A stretch of 64,000 nt of DNA from a virus: IMG/VR virus record IMGVR_UViG_3300025930_000008, positions 32,001 through 96,000 of that record. One strand, written 5' to 3'. The notes beneath the pieces are model-generated. The model had not been told where the DNA came from. It made no database searches and saw only the letters and a program-made list of their open reading frames with translations. Every line of letters begins with the position of its first letter. Positions within the stretch are counted from its first letter, which is position 1. A program made the translations under genes and the position numbers. Shown in pieces: positions 8,882 to 16,110 of the stretch.

Positions 8882-9123
8882 ATAATCTTCCTATCCATGG
8901 CGACAATCTTACCACGGCCATTGAAATCGTGCTGTCTCAACGTCCAATAGATCGTAGGCTCATCAATATCCTCCGCCTTAGGTTTAGTTAGCTGCCAGCG
9001 TCTGGAATGCGTCCGACAAAATACCTTGCCAGGGACCACTACATGCCCACAGACATAACACATACCCGTACTATCACGTCCATGACGCTTAGGATTAAGC
9101 TCACGAAATAGTTCCTTGGTCAT
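8851..9123 (-). CDS. Hypothetical protein with CxxC...CxxH finger
   Basis: MTKELF...CYVCG...FCRTH; stop inside tRNA-Gln(CTG). Confidence 0.5.
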   Translation of the reverse strand: MTKELFRELNPKRHGRDSTGMCYVCGHVVVPGKVFCRTHSRRWQLTKPKAEDIDEPTIYWTLRQHDFNGRGKIVAMDRKIIAEWCNWKHA

Positions 9124-9125
9124 AG

Positions 9126-9207
9126 TACCGGGAGCGGGATTTGAACCCGCACGCTTATCAGGCATCGGGGTTTGAGGCCGACGTGTCTACCATTCCACCA
9201 TCCCGGC
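9126..9207 (-). tRNA. tRNA-Leu(CAA)
   Basis: TCGGC-CT CAA AC-CCCGA; long variable arm. Confidence 0.9.
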
Positions 9208-9215
9208 ATAGGTTA

Positions 9216-9287
9216 TAGCGCGACGGGGAATCGAACCCCGGTTACAGGCTTGAAAGGCCCGCGTCCTAACCATTAAACGACCGCGCC
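9216..9287 (-). tRNA. tRNA-Glu(TTC)
   Basis: CGGGC-CT TTC AA-GCCTG. Confidence 0.93.
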
Positions 9288-9363
9288 TAGCGAGAGAGTC
9301 GGATGAAGTGAACACGCAGCGTGTTCTATGAGGGTAGGATAACCGCTCTCTCATACCTACCAA

Positions 9364-9436
9364 TGGGCACGGTTGGAATCGAACCAACGACTTCCACCTT
9401 ATCAGAGTGGCGCTCTAACCGCTGAACTACGTGCCC
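9364..9436 (-). tRNA. tRNA-Ile(GAT)
   Basis: CCACT-CT GAT AA-GGTGG. Confidence 0.95.
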
Positions 9437-9437
9437 G

Positions 9438-10175
9438 TTAGGGTAATTGCCTTAGAGAATGCTTGCCCATCGGGATGCAAGCCTCACCATCATCATTCAA
9501 GATAGTCTCCAAGTCCTCAACTCGTAAGAAACAATCTCCGTCCAGACCCCAGGTCTTGCCCCAGGAGTTGCGCAAGCGTACCACATGAAGCTCGCCGTGT
9601 CCAGGGAATCGACGCTTGAGGGCATGACCGCGTACACAAATAGCATGACCACCGACGTGCTGTCCAGAAATGTCAAGCAGCCCGGAAGGGTCCGGGTCAA
9701 ACATGCTATCGCGCCACCAAATGCCAATTTCCACGACACCGTGGTTAGATAAGGTGGCTAGTACGTCATCAATGCTGAACGCCCAACGGTATGAGTCAAT
9801 GAACCCATACTGTTGCATGATCTTCGCACCTGACAATACAGAAGTACCATCGTTGTGCGGATTAGCGCCAGGGTATGCTCCACCCGGCCAAGGATCATTC
9901 TTTTGAGCTTCCCAATAGACCTTTTGCTCTGCAAAGCTATTGGAAATACCTCGCGTGTGATCTTTGTACGCTGAGGCGCAGTGGCTCCATGAGAAACCTA
10001 CACAAGCACCCTCTTGTCCCTGGTCTAACCAGACTGGACACTGCCAAGTCTTAGTCTTTAGCGTCTCGGGGACCAGACCACGGATATCGTAGTCCTTTGA
10101 GCGGTCATCGAACTCTTGGAGTCTATCGAGCCGCCTGTCTTGTGTATCTGTACCGTCGCGTAGAGTAGGCATCAC
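9438..10175 (-). CDS. Papain-family (C1A-like) cysteine peptidase
   Basis: DQGQEGACVGFS, GGHA, RNSWG catalytic motifs. Confidence 0.9.
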   Translation of the reverse strand: MMPTLRDGTDTQDRRLDRLQEFDDRSKDYDIRGLVPETLKTKTWQCPVWLDQGQEGACVGFSWSHCASAYKDHTRGISNSFAEQKVYWEAQKNDPWPGGAYPGANPHNDGTSVLSGAKIMQQYGFIDSYRWAFSIDDVLATLSNHGVVEIGIWWRDSMFDPDPSGLLDISGQHVGGHAICVRGHALKRRFPGHGELHVVRLRNSWGKTWGLDGDCFLRVEDLETILNDDGEACIPMGKHSLRQLP

Positions 10176-10194
10176 CCATTACGCTACGGAGGCA

Positions 10195-10266
10195 TGGCGA
10201 ATATTGGAGTCGAACCAATGACGCGAGGTTCTTCAGACCTCCGCTCTACCACTGAGCTAATTCGCC
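10195..10266 (-). tRNA. tRNA-Phe(GAA)
   Basis: GAGGT-CT GAA GA-ACCTC. Confidence 0.95.
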
Positions 10267-10348
10267 AAGTGAAGGCGGTTCGCCCCGCACCTTACGAACC
10301 CGAATCGTACGCGGTGGGCATAGGACACTAGTAATCCATTACCGCCAG

Positions 10349-10438
10349 CGGAGAGTGTAGGATTCGAACCCACGCGCCGGTTCAAGGCCGACCAACGGTT
10401 TTCAAGACCGCCCCAATAGTCCACTCTGGCAACTCTCC
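10349..10438 (-). tRNA. tRNA-Ser(TGA)
   Basis: GCGGT-CT TGA AA-ACCGT; long variable arm. Confidence 0.95.
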
Positions 10439-10439
10439 A

Positions 10440-10872
10440 TGTCGTGTATAAATAAGCTGCGAGAGGCATAGCGTCCGCAGCTAAGATAGCCCGAATTGCA
10501 AGGTAAAGGTCAGGCCCTAGGCTCATCTGGCACAGCCGGGGTGTCCGTCCCTACGTAGGTTCATTCCAGGCCACGACTACCTAGCTGAAACCTATACCTC
10601 GGAGGCGTTCGCAGCCCCAAGCGGGTGAAGAACCACTTCAACCTTTAAGTTTAGAAACCTCCTGTTCGATGACAAATGATAGACATTTCAACCGACCTGA
10701 GCGTGTCCGTGGATACTGTGTTCGCACGCAGCGGTCAAGCACTCGGCCCCATATCCTTTTCGGCTGGCTACTCCGTCGCCCTTGCACAGTCATAGGTTTC
10801 TAAGGGTTCCCGCCCTCCACCTAATCTTCCCGCACAGTATGTGTCAGTCTATAAGCCTCAGGTTCTCAGCCA
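10440..10872 (-). ncRNA. Large pseudoknotted structured RNA candidate
   Basis: ~430 nt without a credible ORF; three long-range helices, two of them crossing. Confidence 0.55.
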
Positions 10873-11094
10873 CTATTGGCCCTGTCCTAACCACCCTTGT
10901 AGGTGACTTTTATCTGCGACAACCTCTACATTGAGAGGGTCCCATGGTTGGGGCTGATCCCGTAGTGATTCATCCTCGGGATTTTCTGCCACAATCCAAG
11001 TGATGCCAGGATCGCTGTGAGCATACTCCCCCCAATACTTCAATGCATCGGCTTCGCTCACCACTCGGCCATACAGACCGTAGTAGTGATTCAA
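10873..11094 (-). CDS. Hypothetical protein (start uncertain)
   Basis: Open frame between tRNA-Cys and the ncRNA; TTG start assumed. Confidence 0.4.
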   Translation of the reverse strand: MNHYYGLYGRVVSEADALKYWGEYAHSDPGITWIVAENPEDESLRDQPQPWDPLNVEVVADKSHLQGWLGQGQ

Positions 11095-11121
11095 GATAAG
11101 GTATCTGACCTTAGTCTTGCA

Positions 11122-11192
11122 AGGCAAGGACGGGAGTCGAACCCGTGTTACAGGTTTTGCAGACCCGCGCGTAGCCATTCCGCCACCTTGCC
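11122..11192 (-). tRNA. tRNA-Cys(GCA)
   Basis: CGGGT-CT GCA AA-ACCTG; U73. Confidence 0.95.
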
Positions 11193-11306
11193 ATTACGTC
11201 GTAGACATTCCTCACGGTCACAATTACATGCGTTCTGACAAACGAAACCCTTGTGACACTCACAGTCTTTGATGGGCTGTTCACAAATAGTACATTTCCA
11301 TACCAT
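11148..11306 (-). CDS. Small Cys-rich protein
   Basis: MVWKCTICEQPIKDCECHKGFVCQNACNC; stop inside tRNA-Cys. Confidence 0.45.
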   Translation of the reverse strand: MVWKCTICEQPIKDCECHKGFVCQNACNCDREECLRRNGKVAEWLRAGLQNL

Positions 11307-11308
11307 AG

Positions 11309-11380
11309 CTCGCCGGGTAGGACTTGAACCTACAACCATTCGGTTAACAGCCGAACGCTCTGCCATTGAGCTACCGGCGA
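11309..11380 (-). tRNA. tRNA-Asn(GTT)
   Basis: TTCGG-CT GTT AA-CCGAA. Confidence 0.95.
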
Positions 11381-11631
11381 CTGTTGATCCAACTATCTAG
11401 ACACGCCTTATGAGTGGGCAGTAACTCCCAATCAGCGTGCCAAGTACCCTGCACAATGTCAAAGGTTTCCGTACCTTCGTCTGACCACTCGCCACCCATG
11501 CGTTGTATTTTACACGGGATTCCCTGGCGTCCTTCCTGAGCCTGTTCAACTGTAATGATACGCCAGATCGCACATTCGCTTTTATCAAAGCGGTAGTTTG
11601 CATATATTCTACCGACTAGCGGCTCTTTCAT
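11371..11631 (-). CDS. Hypothetical protein
   Basis: 86-aa ORF filling the gap; stop at tRNA-Asn nt 8-10. Confidence 0.55.
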   Translation of the reverse strand: MKEPLVGRIYANYRFDKSECAIWRIITVEQAQEGRQGIPCKIQRMGGEWSDEGTETFDIVQGTWHADWELLPTHKACLDSWINSRR

Positions 11632-11632
11632 A

Positions 11633-11705
11633 TGCCCCCAACAGGGATCGAACCTGTGACCTTGAGATTAAGAGTCTCCTGCTCTACCGGCTGAGCTATA
11701 GGGGC
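11633..11705 (-). tRNA. tRNA-Lys(CTT)
   Basis: GGAGA-CT CTT AA-TCTCA. Confidence 0.93.
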
Positions 11706-11769
11706 GATGATTGGTCATTCCCCTTACCCCTAGGGAATCGTTACTGGATGGGCAACCAATCAAGTTGTA

Positions 11770-11849
11770 TGGCGGGTGGAGGAATCGAACCTCATTACGC
11801 TCTCGCCAGCTAGGTTATGAGCCTTGCTGCCCAAACCTGGGCACCCGCG
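11770..11849 (-). tRNA. Atypical CAT tRNA (initiator-like)
   Basis: CGCGGGTG 5' end with unpaired C1, shrunken D-arm, CTCATAA loop, long variable region, TTCGATT T-loop. Confidence 0.7.
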
Positions 11850-11863
11850 TCGTAAATTTGCTA

Positions 11864-11949
11864 CGGAGAGTGGGGGATTTGAACCCCCGGTACCCACTGG
11901 ATACTCCGTCTTAGCAGGACGGTGCATTAAGCCACTCTGCCAACTCTCC
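11864..11949 (-). tRNA. tRNA-Ser(GCT)
   Basis: CCGTC-CT GCT AA-GACGG. Confidence 0.95.
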
Positions 11950-12135
11950 CTGTGTGATACGTGGCACCCACGTACCCCTTTTAACTAAGGCGAAAAACTC
12001 TATCAACGTACACTTAGAACTATCCGTCAATCCATCTACACGGCCGTCTGTGTAAGTCCAATAAACTCTTTCCGTCTTAGGATCATAGAGATAATCCTTC
12101 ACCATTGCGTTCGCTTCCCAACGAAAAGAAATCAT
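11911..12135 (-). CDS. Hypothetical protein
   Basis: 74-aa ORF; stop in the tRNA-Ser anticodon loop. Confidence 0.45.
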   Translation of the reverse strand: MISFRWEANAMVKDYLYDPKTERVYWTYTDGRVDGLTDSSKCTLIEFFALVKRGTWVPRITQGELAEWLNAPSC

Positions 12136-12136
12136 A

Positions 12137-12208
12137 CGGCCCCGGTGAGAATCGAACTCACATCTATCCCTTAGGAGGGGATCGTTCTGTCCATTATACT
12201 ACAGGGCC
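12137..12208 (-). tRNA. tRNA-Arg(CCT)
   Basis: ATCCC-CT CCT AA-GGGAT. Confidence 0.9.
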
Positions 12209-12264
12209 AGAAGCAGGGCATTTCAGCCCCACCCACGTCACCGCTTTAGGACAACGGCTGCCTG

Positions 12265-12468
12265 TCAGATATCCATAGCGCACTGGTTAACGCAATCCCG
12301 ACAACAATTGCACACCGTATCGTAATCGCCACCGATTTCCTCTGCATACGGACAGCCATGAGGAATCTCTCCCTCATTACCGCAGTTACAGAGCGGACTG
12401 ATTGCCGATAACAACCAGTCTTTGACAACCTGCTTGTAAATATGCATACGTATTTGCACAGCAGGCAT
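12265..12468 (-). CDS. Small Cys-rich protein
   Basis: CNCG...HGCPYAEEI...CNCCRDCVNQCAMDI. Confidence 0.55.
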   Translation of the reverse strand: MPAVQIRMHIYKQVVKDWLLSAISPLCNCGNEGEIPHGCPYAEEIGGDYDTVCNCCRDCVNQCAMDI

Positions 12469-12540
12469 AGGCCAGGATGGATTTGAACCATCGACCCGCA
12501 CCTTATAAGAGTGCCGCTCTAACCCCTGAGCTACTGGCCC
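12468..12540 (-). tRNA. tRNA-Ile(TAT)
   Basis: GCACT-CT TAT AA-GGTGC; body resembles tRNA-Ile(GAT). Confidence 0.92.
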
Positions 12541-12549
12541 AATTAGTTA

Positions 12550-12728
12550 GAGGATCGTATATGGGGGACTTACTTCATGGATAGGTACGCACTACGCCGG
12601 GGCGACCACACCCCTCTCGGCCAGCACGCATACTCCTAGATGTAGTCAACATCGTTAGTGACCTATATCAATCCGCTTACCCTTATCCCACCTGCGCACT
12701 GTGGGCGGCAATTATCCGTCCGATCCTC
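12550..12728 (-). ncRNA. Structured RNA (~180 nt)
   Basis: GAGGATCG/CGATCCTC closing stem fills the Thr-Ile spacer; internal CCCAC/GTGGG, GATGT/ACATC, GGGG/CCCC hairpins. Confidence 0.55.
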
Positions 12729-12729
12729 A

Positions 12730-12801
12730 AGCCCGCGAGGGGAATCGAACCCCTATCCCTGCTTTACGAAAGCAGTATAATAGCCGTTATACTACGCGGG
12801 C
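12730..12801 (-). tRNA. tRNA-Thr(CGT)
   Basis: CTGCT-TT CGT AA-AGCAG. Confidence 0.92.
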
Positions 12802-12899
12802 GACTTACTTATCAGGCACAATCATAGTGCCTTTACAGATGGGACATACCCTACCATTGTTAAGGATGCCCCCTTTCATCTTGCATTTACAATCCATAG

Positions 12900-13349
12900 T
12901 GGAGGTGGGCGGAATTGAACCGCCGTCCTGCGTACACTTGTTGACTCAGTTTCTAGCAGCTTTGTAATACAATACTGGCAACCGGTTCTGAGCCGCCTAC
13001 CCTTACTCTACCACAAGATACGGCAGACTCATGCTAGTGACTGTTTGAAATAGTCGGGAGCAGCCTGTTGTTCCGTACACCCTGCTGTCGAGATTACTCA
13101 CCACGCAATGGAAATACCATTAGAGTGGAGCCGAGTAAGCCAATTAGATTGACCGTCTAATCTTTCCAAACAAGGATTTGGGACTTTATACCCCGGCCAC
13201 GCTTTCTGTTCCTAGGTCCGTGGCTCCTGACCCGAGCGGACTAAGCCGCTAGAGCAAACGTATGAGTGTCTGCAATTATTGTTAGTGGTAGGCCACTACC
13301 CGCTGCACTAAGGCAACCGCATCTTACACAGTCGATGCCTGTCACCCCC
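12900..13349 (-). ncRNA. ssrA: tmRNA; tag reading frame ADTHTFALAA* at 13273-13241
   Basis: 5' GGGGGTGACAGGCATCGAC; 3' GACGGCGGTTCAATTCCGCCCACCTCCA; G3:U70; AATAATT before GCA resume codon; ALAA-stop. Confidence 0.95.
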
Positions 13350-13553
13350 ATGATTATCAGCCTCCACCTAGCCTTATTAGACTAACGTCTAGCTTACGGC
13401 CTCGCTCTAGATTTGCTGACACGGAGCGAATTAAAGTTTATGCCGGATTTCTTGGACGGCTCCGGCAACCGCCCATAAGGAGTTTATGAAAGGTGGTACC
13501 TCAACAAGACCGCGATATTCGCCTTGTTCCTCTCATAGACTCCACCAAGTTAT

Positions 13554-13686
13554 ACGAGAGTCCACTGTGCCGTAGCCACTCCGAACGGTTCCTGCCGTCC
13601 CGCACTAGCCTCACGGTCTAGGCGATGGTCGGGAGACAATCTCCCCCTTGGGGCAGTCCATCCCAACTTAGAAGTAGAACTCTCTA
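13554..13686 (-). ncRNA. Structured RNA (~130 nt) with CAGGAA hairpin
   Basis: GAGAGTT/GACTCTC closing stem; ACGG-CAGGAA-CCGT. Confidence 0.5.
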
Positions 13687-13687
13687 G

Positions 13688-13757
13688 TAGACCGGGCAGG
13701 ATTCGAACCTGCAATGAACAATGATAAAGATTGTTTGTGTACCGTACACACCGGTCA
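13688..13757 (-). tRNA. tRNA-Pyl-shaped element with TTA (ochre) anticodon
   Basis: TGACCGG T GTGT ACGGT ACAC A AACAAT CTTTATC ATTGTT CATT GCAGG TTCGAAT CCTGC CCGGTCT A. Confidence 0.7.
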
Positions 13758-13824
13758 AGCCCCGGCATAGGGTTCCCGCCCTATGTTACTCCGGGGTCGT
13801 CCACGGACAATTAGTCGATGGACA

Positions 13825-13896
13825 TGGGCCGCACTGGAATCGAACCAGTGACTTCCTGCGTGTCGAGCAGGCGTTCTACCGCTGAACTAGCGGCCC
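13825..13896 (-). tRNA. tRNA-Val(GAC)
   Basis: CCTGC-TC GAC AC-GCAGG (C33). Confidence 0.9.
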
Positions 13897-13995
13897 TAGT
13901 TACGTGAGCTAGCTTACTCACTTCGCTAGCTCACACCCAAAACAACGCCTGATTCTGACGATGCGTGAGCGGGATGGTTGACCAACCAGAACAAC

Positions 13996-14024
13996 AGTTT
14001 AGCCGATGTTCTGGCGACTGTCAA
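13996..14024 (-). promoter_or_regulatory. Sigma-A/70-type promoter
   Basis: TTGACA-17 nt-TAAACT upstream of Val(GAC), the ochre element and tmRNA. Confidence 0.7.
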
Positions 14025-14026
14025 GC

Positions 14027-14188
14027 TTATCGGGACGAGAGGTAAACGCCTTCTATCTTTGCCCCACTGTACTCCTGCTTGTCAATCGCGTCTGCAACAG
14101 CAAGACCAACATCTTGGCGCAAGTCAAACTTCTTGATAGGCGCCAACGTCGTCGGAATGGTGATGACCACCGTGATTGTATTATCCAT
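14027..14188 (-). CDS. 53-aa hypothetical protein
   Basis: MDNTITVVITIPTTLAPIKKFDLRQDVG...; not in ORF track. Confidence 0.45.
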   Translation of the reverse strand: MDNTITVVITIPTTLAPIKKFDLRQDVGLAVADAIDKQEYSGAKIEGVYLSSR

Positions 14189-14214
14189 GCTAAAAACGTA
14201 GCACGACTGTCAAG

Positions 14215-14286
14215 TGGACCCGGCTGGGATCGAACCAGCGACCTTCTGCTTGTAAGGCAGACGTTCTCCCACTAAACTACGGGTCC
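14215..14286 (-). tRNA. tRNA-Val(TAC)
   Basis: TCTGC-CT TAC AA-GCAGA. Confidence 0.93.
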
Positions 14287-14289
14287 GCA

Positions 14290-14365
14290 GCAGGCTCCCT
14301 CATGGGGCGTACCTCCCATAGACACTACCCGACAGGTTCCCGCCTGTCAAGGCGAGGGAACCTGC
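14290..14365 (-). ncRNA. Three-way-junction RNA with CGGGAA hairpin
   Basis: GCAGGTTCCCTC/GAGGGAGCCTGC stem enclosing GACAGG-CGGGAA-CCTGTC and ATGGG/CCCAT. Confidence 0.55.
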
Positions 14366-14427
14366 GTGCTTAATCCCCGTGGGTACGCACGGATTAGGTA
14401 CTGCGATGGCCCCTGACTGATGGGCAG

Positions 14428-14499
14428 AGCCGTCACCGGGAATCGAACCCGGCTTACTAACTTACCAAGCTAGGGTAATATCCGATATACTATGACGGC
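14428..14499 (-). tRNA. tRNA-Thr(GGT)
   Basis: CTAGC-TT GGT AA-GTTAG. Confidence 0.9.
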
Positions 14500-14502
14500 T
14501 TA

Positions 14503-14576
<74 letters not shown>

Positions 14577-14741
14577 TTACAAATGACTGAATACATAAGT
14601 CACAGCAGAGATACCATGACTAATGAAACTCATGATACCGGTGGCAGCAGCCACCTTGAGGTACCACAATTCCTTACGGCTGAGCGTAACCTTTTCCTCA
14701 GCCTTCTTTATGGCTTTAAGTTTCGCTTCTTCCTTGTCCAT
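14577..14741 (-). CDS. Small membrane protein
   Basis: MDKEEAKL... charged N-terminus and one C-terminal TM segment. Confidence 0.5.
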   Translation of the reverse strand: MDKEEAKLKAIKKAEEKVTLSRKELWYLKVAAATGIMSFISHGISAVTYVFSHL

Positions 14742-15066
14742 TGAGCGCCTTGCTTTGACGCCGCTTATACCCAAAGATCAAGTAGAGCGCGACATTCCCT
14801 GCGATGAATCCCACCGCATTCAGCGGGATATAGTAGGAAAACCCTGTGTCAAGTCTCTCAACGTTGTTAGTCAACGCTGACGTGGCTAAGAGCAGATACG
14901 AAACGGCAATGAGTACAACATGGAGCGGCAGCAGAGCTACATATCCTCCCTGCTTGCGCAGTTTGAGGTAGCTCTGGGTATATACCACCACAATCAGCAC
15001 CACAAACGACACAATGCCTCCGTACAGAAAGATATTCAAGTATCGGAGGCCATCCAAAATGCTCAT
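14716..15066 (-). CDS. Three-TM membrane protein
   Basis: Three hydrophobic segments, basic tail. Confidence 0.65.
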   Translation of the reverse strand: MSILDGLRYLNIFLYGGIVSFVVLIVVVYTQSYLKLRKQGGYVALLPLHVVLIAVSYLLLATSALTNNVERLDTGFSYYIPLNAVGFIAGNVALYLIFGYKRRQSKALNGQGRSET

Positions 15067-15080
15067 GCTCTATTACCTAG

Positions 15081-15151
15081 CGGGGGATCGAGGATTTGAA
15101 CCCCGAAGTTCGGGTTTGGAGGCCGACAGTTTACCATTAGCTTAATCCCCC
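15081..15151 (-). tRNA. tRNA-Trp(CCA)
   Basis: TCGGC-CT CCA AA-CCCGA; G73. Confidence 0.9.
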
Positions 15152-15452
15152 AGGAGCGCACGGAGGGAGCGCGAGATTCTCTCACCCCTCGGTTATGTGA
15201 ACAGACTTGTCATACGCCGACTTCACGCGGGCGGATTCTAACCATAGACCCTAAGGCGTATAGTTCATATGTGACTATACCGCGAAGGGACTCCGTTTCC
15301 ATCGAATACTCCTGAACGCATGGTGCCATCTGAAACAATCGTCATTGCCACGCCGCTTTTCGCTACTTGTATACTGCCCTCCGGGGATCAATCCATCCAG
15401 ACGCATACGTTTGCTCGCTACAGCCGTGCGCATGTATTGAGCAATGACGAAG

Positions 15453-15534
15453 TACGCCCGGAGGGACTTGAACCCCCACACCTTTCGGCATCAGGACCTA
15501 AACCTGACGTGTCTACCGATTCCACCACGGGCGC
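15453..15534 (-). tRNA. tRNA-Leu(TAG)
   Basis: TCAGG-TT TAG GT-CCTGA. Confidence 0.93.
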
Positions 15535-15668
15535 TAGTACCGATAACGTTCAAGGAAGGGCTGTTATCGGTGTTATCGTGCGACTGCCATTGGACCATAT
15601 TCATAGTCGAGAGCCTTGCGCCGCTGCATGATACCCCGGATTCCCGTCCGGCATATTCATGCCTGATA

Positions 15669-15751
15669 TGCGATCAGTGAGAGTCGAACTCACACGCCTG
15701 TTAGGGCACTGACCCCTCAAGCCAGCGTGTCTACCATTTCACCATGATCGC
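15669..15751 (-). tRNA. tRNA-Leu(GAG)
   Basis: CTGGC-TT GAG GG-GTCAG. Confidence 0.93.
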
Positions 15752-15765
15752 TAAAGATTTTGAAA

Positions 15766-15847
15766 TGGCGGGAGTAGGATTCGAACCTACGAAGGCATAG
15801 CCGTCTGATTTACAGTCAGATGCGTTTGACCGCTCCGCAACCCCGCC
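15766..15847 (-). tRNA. tRNA-Tyr(GTA)
   Basis: TCTGA-CT GTA AA-TCAGA. Confidence 0.95.
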
Positions 15848-15856
15848 GAATAAACA

Positions 15857-15972
15857 CTTGGGCACCTAGATTGGGTGCGACCCTTCTCTTTCAAGTCAAC
15901 TTCCTCCTGCCTAGCCTTATCCGGGCAGATGGTTCGCCGTATCTACGGCTGATCTAGGAGTTGGCTCCCAAG
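15857..15972 (-). ncRNA. Structured RNA candidate (~115 nt)
   Basis: CTTGGG/CCCAAG and CCTAGAT/ATCTAGG nested closing stems; GCCGTA/TACGGC and CTGCC/GGCAG hairpins. Confidence 0.45.
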
Positions 15973-16007
15973 CTATGTAGTTTTTGTCAGTCTACCAGAC
16001 TGTCAAG

Positions 16008-16080
16008 CGCCCCCGCCCGGATTTGAACCGGGAACCTGCGGTTTAGAAGGCCGCTGCGCTATCCGTTGCGCCACAGGGGC
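16008..16080 (-). tRNA. tRNA-Arg(TCT)
   Basis: GCGGC-CT TCT AA-ACCGC. Confidence 0.92.
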
Positions 16081-16082
16081 AT

Positions 16083-16110
16083 AAAAAAGGCGACCCTCTT
16101 TGGTCGCCCC
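16083..16110 (-). terminator. Intrinsic terminator directly upstream of the first tRNA
   Basis: GGGGCGACC-aaagag-GGTCGCC-TTTTTT. Confidence 0.8.

Noticed and set aside
9290-9362. Canonical theta/HDV ribozyme call
   Set aside because: Only 7 nt between P2 and P1', too short for P3-L3; kept as an unassigned pseudoknot
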